From Armatimonadota bacterium (GTDB taxonomy: Bacteria; Armatimonadota; UBA5829; DSUL01): a DNA stretch of 64,000 bases. The DNA is taken from contig JBDHZC010000002.1 of NCBI GenBank assembly GCA_039811685.1, forward strand, positions 320,001 through 384,000. Direction: 5' to 3'. The notes under the pieces are model-generated. The model made no database searches. It had not been told where the DNA came from and was given only the letters and a program-made list of their open reading frames with translations. The number at the start of each line of letters is the position of its first letter. Position 1 is the first letter of the stretch. Below are positions 62,221-64,000 of this stretch, piece by piece. The position numbers were made by a program, and so were the translations under genes.

Positions 62221-62477
62221 AGGGTCACGGGCCTTTCTTCGGCTGGACTATCCCGCTGCGGCCACGGATAGCCGATCCATTTGACACAGTTATCGGCAGA
62301 TTACAAAAGTCCTCTTTACGTCACAGACTTACCAGCAATTGACAGCAAAAACTACCCATACGGGTAATTATCAGCCAATTCTCTTGCCCTGCAGCGCGGC
62401 GGACTTGCTAATCCGAGCCCCGGAGCTTAGACTGCAGTCAGGCTCTAAACGGTGACAGACCGTGAGTTATTTCAAGT

Positions 62478-63143
62478 ATGCACAGAACGGCCGCTCCCGC
62501 ACAATCGCAGCGTCATTCTATAGCGCGCTCCAGTCCCCGGCGAGCCAGAGCCAGGCCCCGTGGTGTTATGCGCCGACTTGGCCAACCGGTTCTGGCCGGT
62601 GTTCTGCTTTATGTCTTGATTATAGCCGCTCGCATAGGCTACGCCGGAGCAACTGACGGCCGGAGAAAGTCTGATGTTATTGTCGTTCTAGGCGCGGCGC
62701 AGTTCAACGGCCGGCCGTCTCCGGTCTATCAGGCGCGGCTGGATCACGCTATTGACCTCTACAGGCAGGGCTATGCTCCGCTACTTCTGTTCACAGGCGG
62801 CAAGCGCCCCGGTGACACCTACACCGAAGCCAGCGCGGGACGGCTTTACGCGCTGCGCAAAGGGGTGCCAGACTCCGCCATTATGGAAGAACGCCAGGGG
62901 CGCACGACGAGTCAGAGCATGCGCTCAGCCGCTTCTATCCTGAGGCAGAATCATCTGCGTACGGCGCTACTCGTCAGCGATCCGTTCCACGCTCTGCGGC
63001 TGGCCCGGATGGCGAAAGACCTTCATATAGATGCCCGCGTCAGCCCTGCGAGAAACACACGCATCCAAAGCTTCTCTCTGAGGGCGCGCTACACCATGCG
63101 CGAGGTCTCTGTGTACACCGCGTACCGGCTGTTTGGTGAATAG
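62478..63143 (+). CDS. YdcF/DUF218 family protein
   Basis: TM helix; IVVLGA, RLD.A..LY, TGG, EA, E....TT, VSDPFH..R. Start uncertain. Confidence 0.88.
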   Translation: MHRTAAPAQSQRHSIARSSPRRARARPRGVMRRLGQPVLAGVLLYVLIIAARIGYAGATDGRRKSDVIVVLGAAQFNGRPSPVYQARLDHAIDLYRQGYAPLLLFTGGKRPGDTYTEASAGRLYALRKGVPDSAIMEERQGRTTSQSMRSAASILRQNHLRTALLVSDPFHALRLARMAKDLHIDARVSPARNTRIQSFSLRARYTMREVSVYTAYRLFGE

Positions 63144-63305
63144 GGCACACACCGCTCAGAATACCCAAACCCGCTTGACTCCAGCGCAGCGCGACGTGTG
63201 CCACAATGGTGAAGGTATGCTAACATTCATCAATTCTGCAATGCACAGCCTGCACGGGCTGCCGGGTGGGCGGCGCCGGGAAAATCTTTGGGAGGAGTGC
63301 GAGTA

Positions 63306-63758
63306 ATGATTGACGGCGTGTTGATTAAGCCATTGAAGCGCAACGCCGATGAGCGCGGCTTTCTGATGGAGATGCTCAGGGCAGACGACGAAGAGTTCTT
63401 CGAGCGCTATCAACAGTCATACATCTCTTTGAATTATCCCGGGGTCATCCGGGCCTGGCACTATCACCTCAAGCAGAAAGACATCTGGGTCGTGCCGCAG
63501 GGTATGGTCAAGGCGGTGCTCTACGACGTACGCGAAGGCTCCCCGACAAAAGGGGAGGTTCAGGAAGTGCACATGGGGGTCAACAACATGGTCATGCTCA
63601 AAATCCCCATCGGCGTGTATCACGGATACAAAACCACCGGCCTTCAGCCTTCCCTTCTAATCAACTATCCTGATCAATTCTATGATCCGGCGGACGAATA
63701 CCGCGCGCCATACGACTCACCAGACATCCCCTACAACTGGGATATAAAGATGACCTGA
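63306..63758 (+). CDS. rfbC: dTDP-4-dehydrorhamnose 3,5-epimerase family
   Basis: DERGF, PGVIRAWHYH, D.REGSPT, IP.GVYHG. Confidence 0.88.
   Translation: MIDGVLIKPLKRNADERGFLMEMLRADDEEFFERYQQSYISLNYPGVIRAWHYHLKQKDIWVVPQGMVKAVLYDVREGSPTKGEVQEVHMGVNNMVMLKIPIGVYHGYKTTGLQPSLLINYPDQFYDPADEYRAPYDSPDIPYNWDIKMT

Positions 63759-64000
<242 letters not shown>

Overview
GC-rich bacterial chromosomal segment. The gene content (DUF1559-type prepilin-like proteins, a PEP-CTERM protein, a secreted protein with a C-terminal OB-fold-like tail, and a Firmicute-like rsbV-rsbW-sigB set) suggests Armatimonadota or a similar lineage; this is inference. Bases 1-12.3 kb are an accessory glycan-utilisation-like locus: a secreted protein, a PEP-CTERM lectin-like protein, two secreted TIM-barrel glycoside-hydrolase-like proteins, a 900-aa modular secreted protein, three tandem prepilin-like proteins and a LacI repressor. 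Four copies of a palindromic operator (GTTACACGNGTAAC) link these genes, and no conventional sugar transporter is present in the visible part. The rest is largely housekeeping: trpEGDCFBA, deoC, femX-like/alr, ytxG/H-like plus rsbV-rsbW-sigB, mnmA, rarA, DUF1800/DUF1501, mfd, ftsK, gltX, gyrB, greA, a CHAD-ppx-HD-ppx polyphosphate operon and rfbC/rfbB. Other notable signals are two unannotated promoter-to-terminator structured ncRNA candidates (one behind a SigB-type promoter, one with C/U-rich anti-SD-like loops), a protein with several RNAP-delta/HARE-HTH-like repeats, and several apparent pseudo-enzymes (RsbW, ADP-ribosylglycohydrolase, histidine phosphatase, two amidohydrolases). No rRNA, tRNA, CRISPR array or mobile element was seen. 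All family calls come from motif recognition by eye, not database searches.
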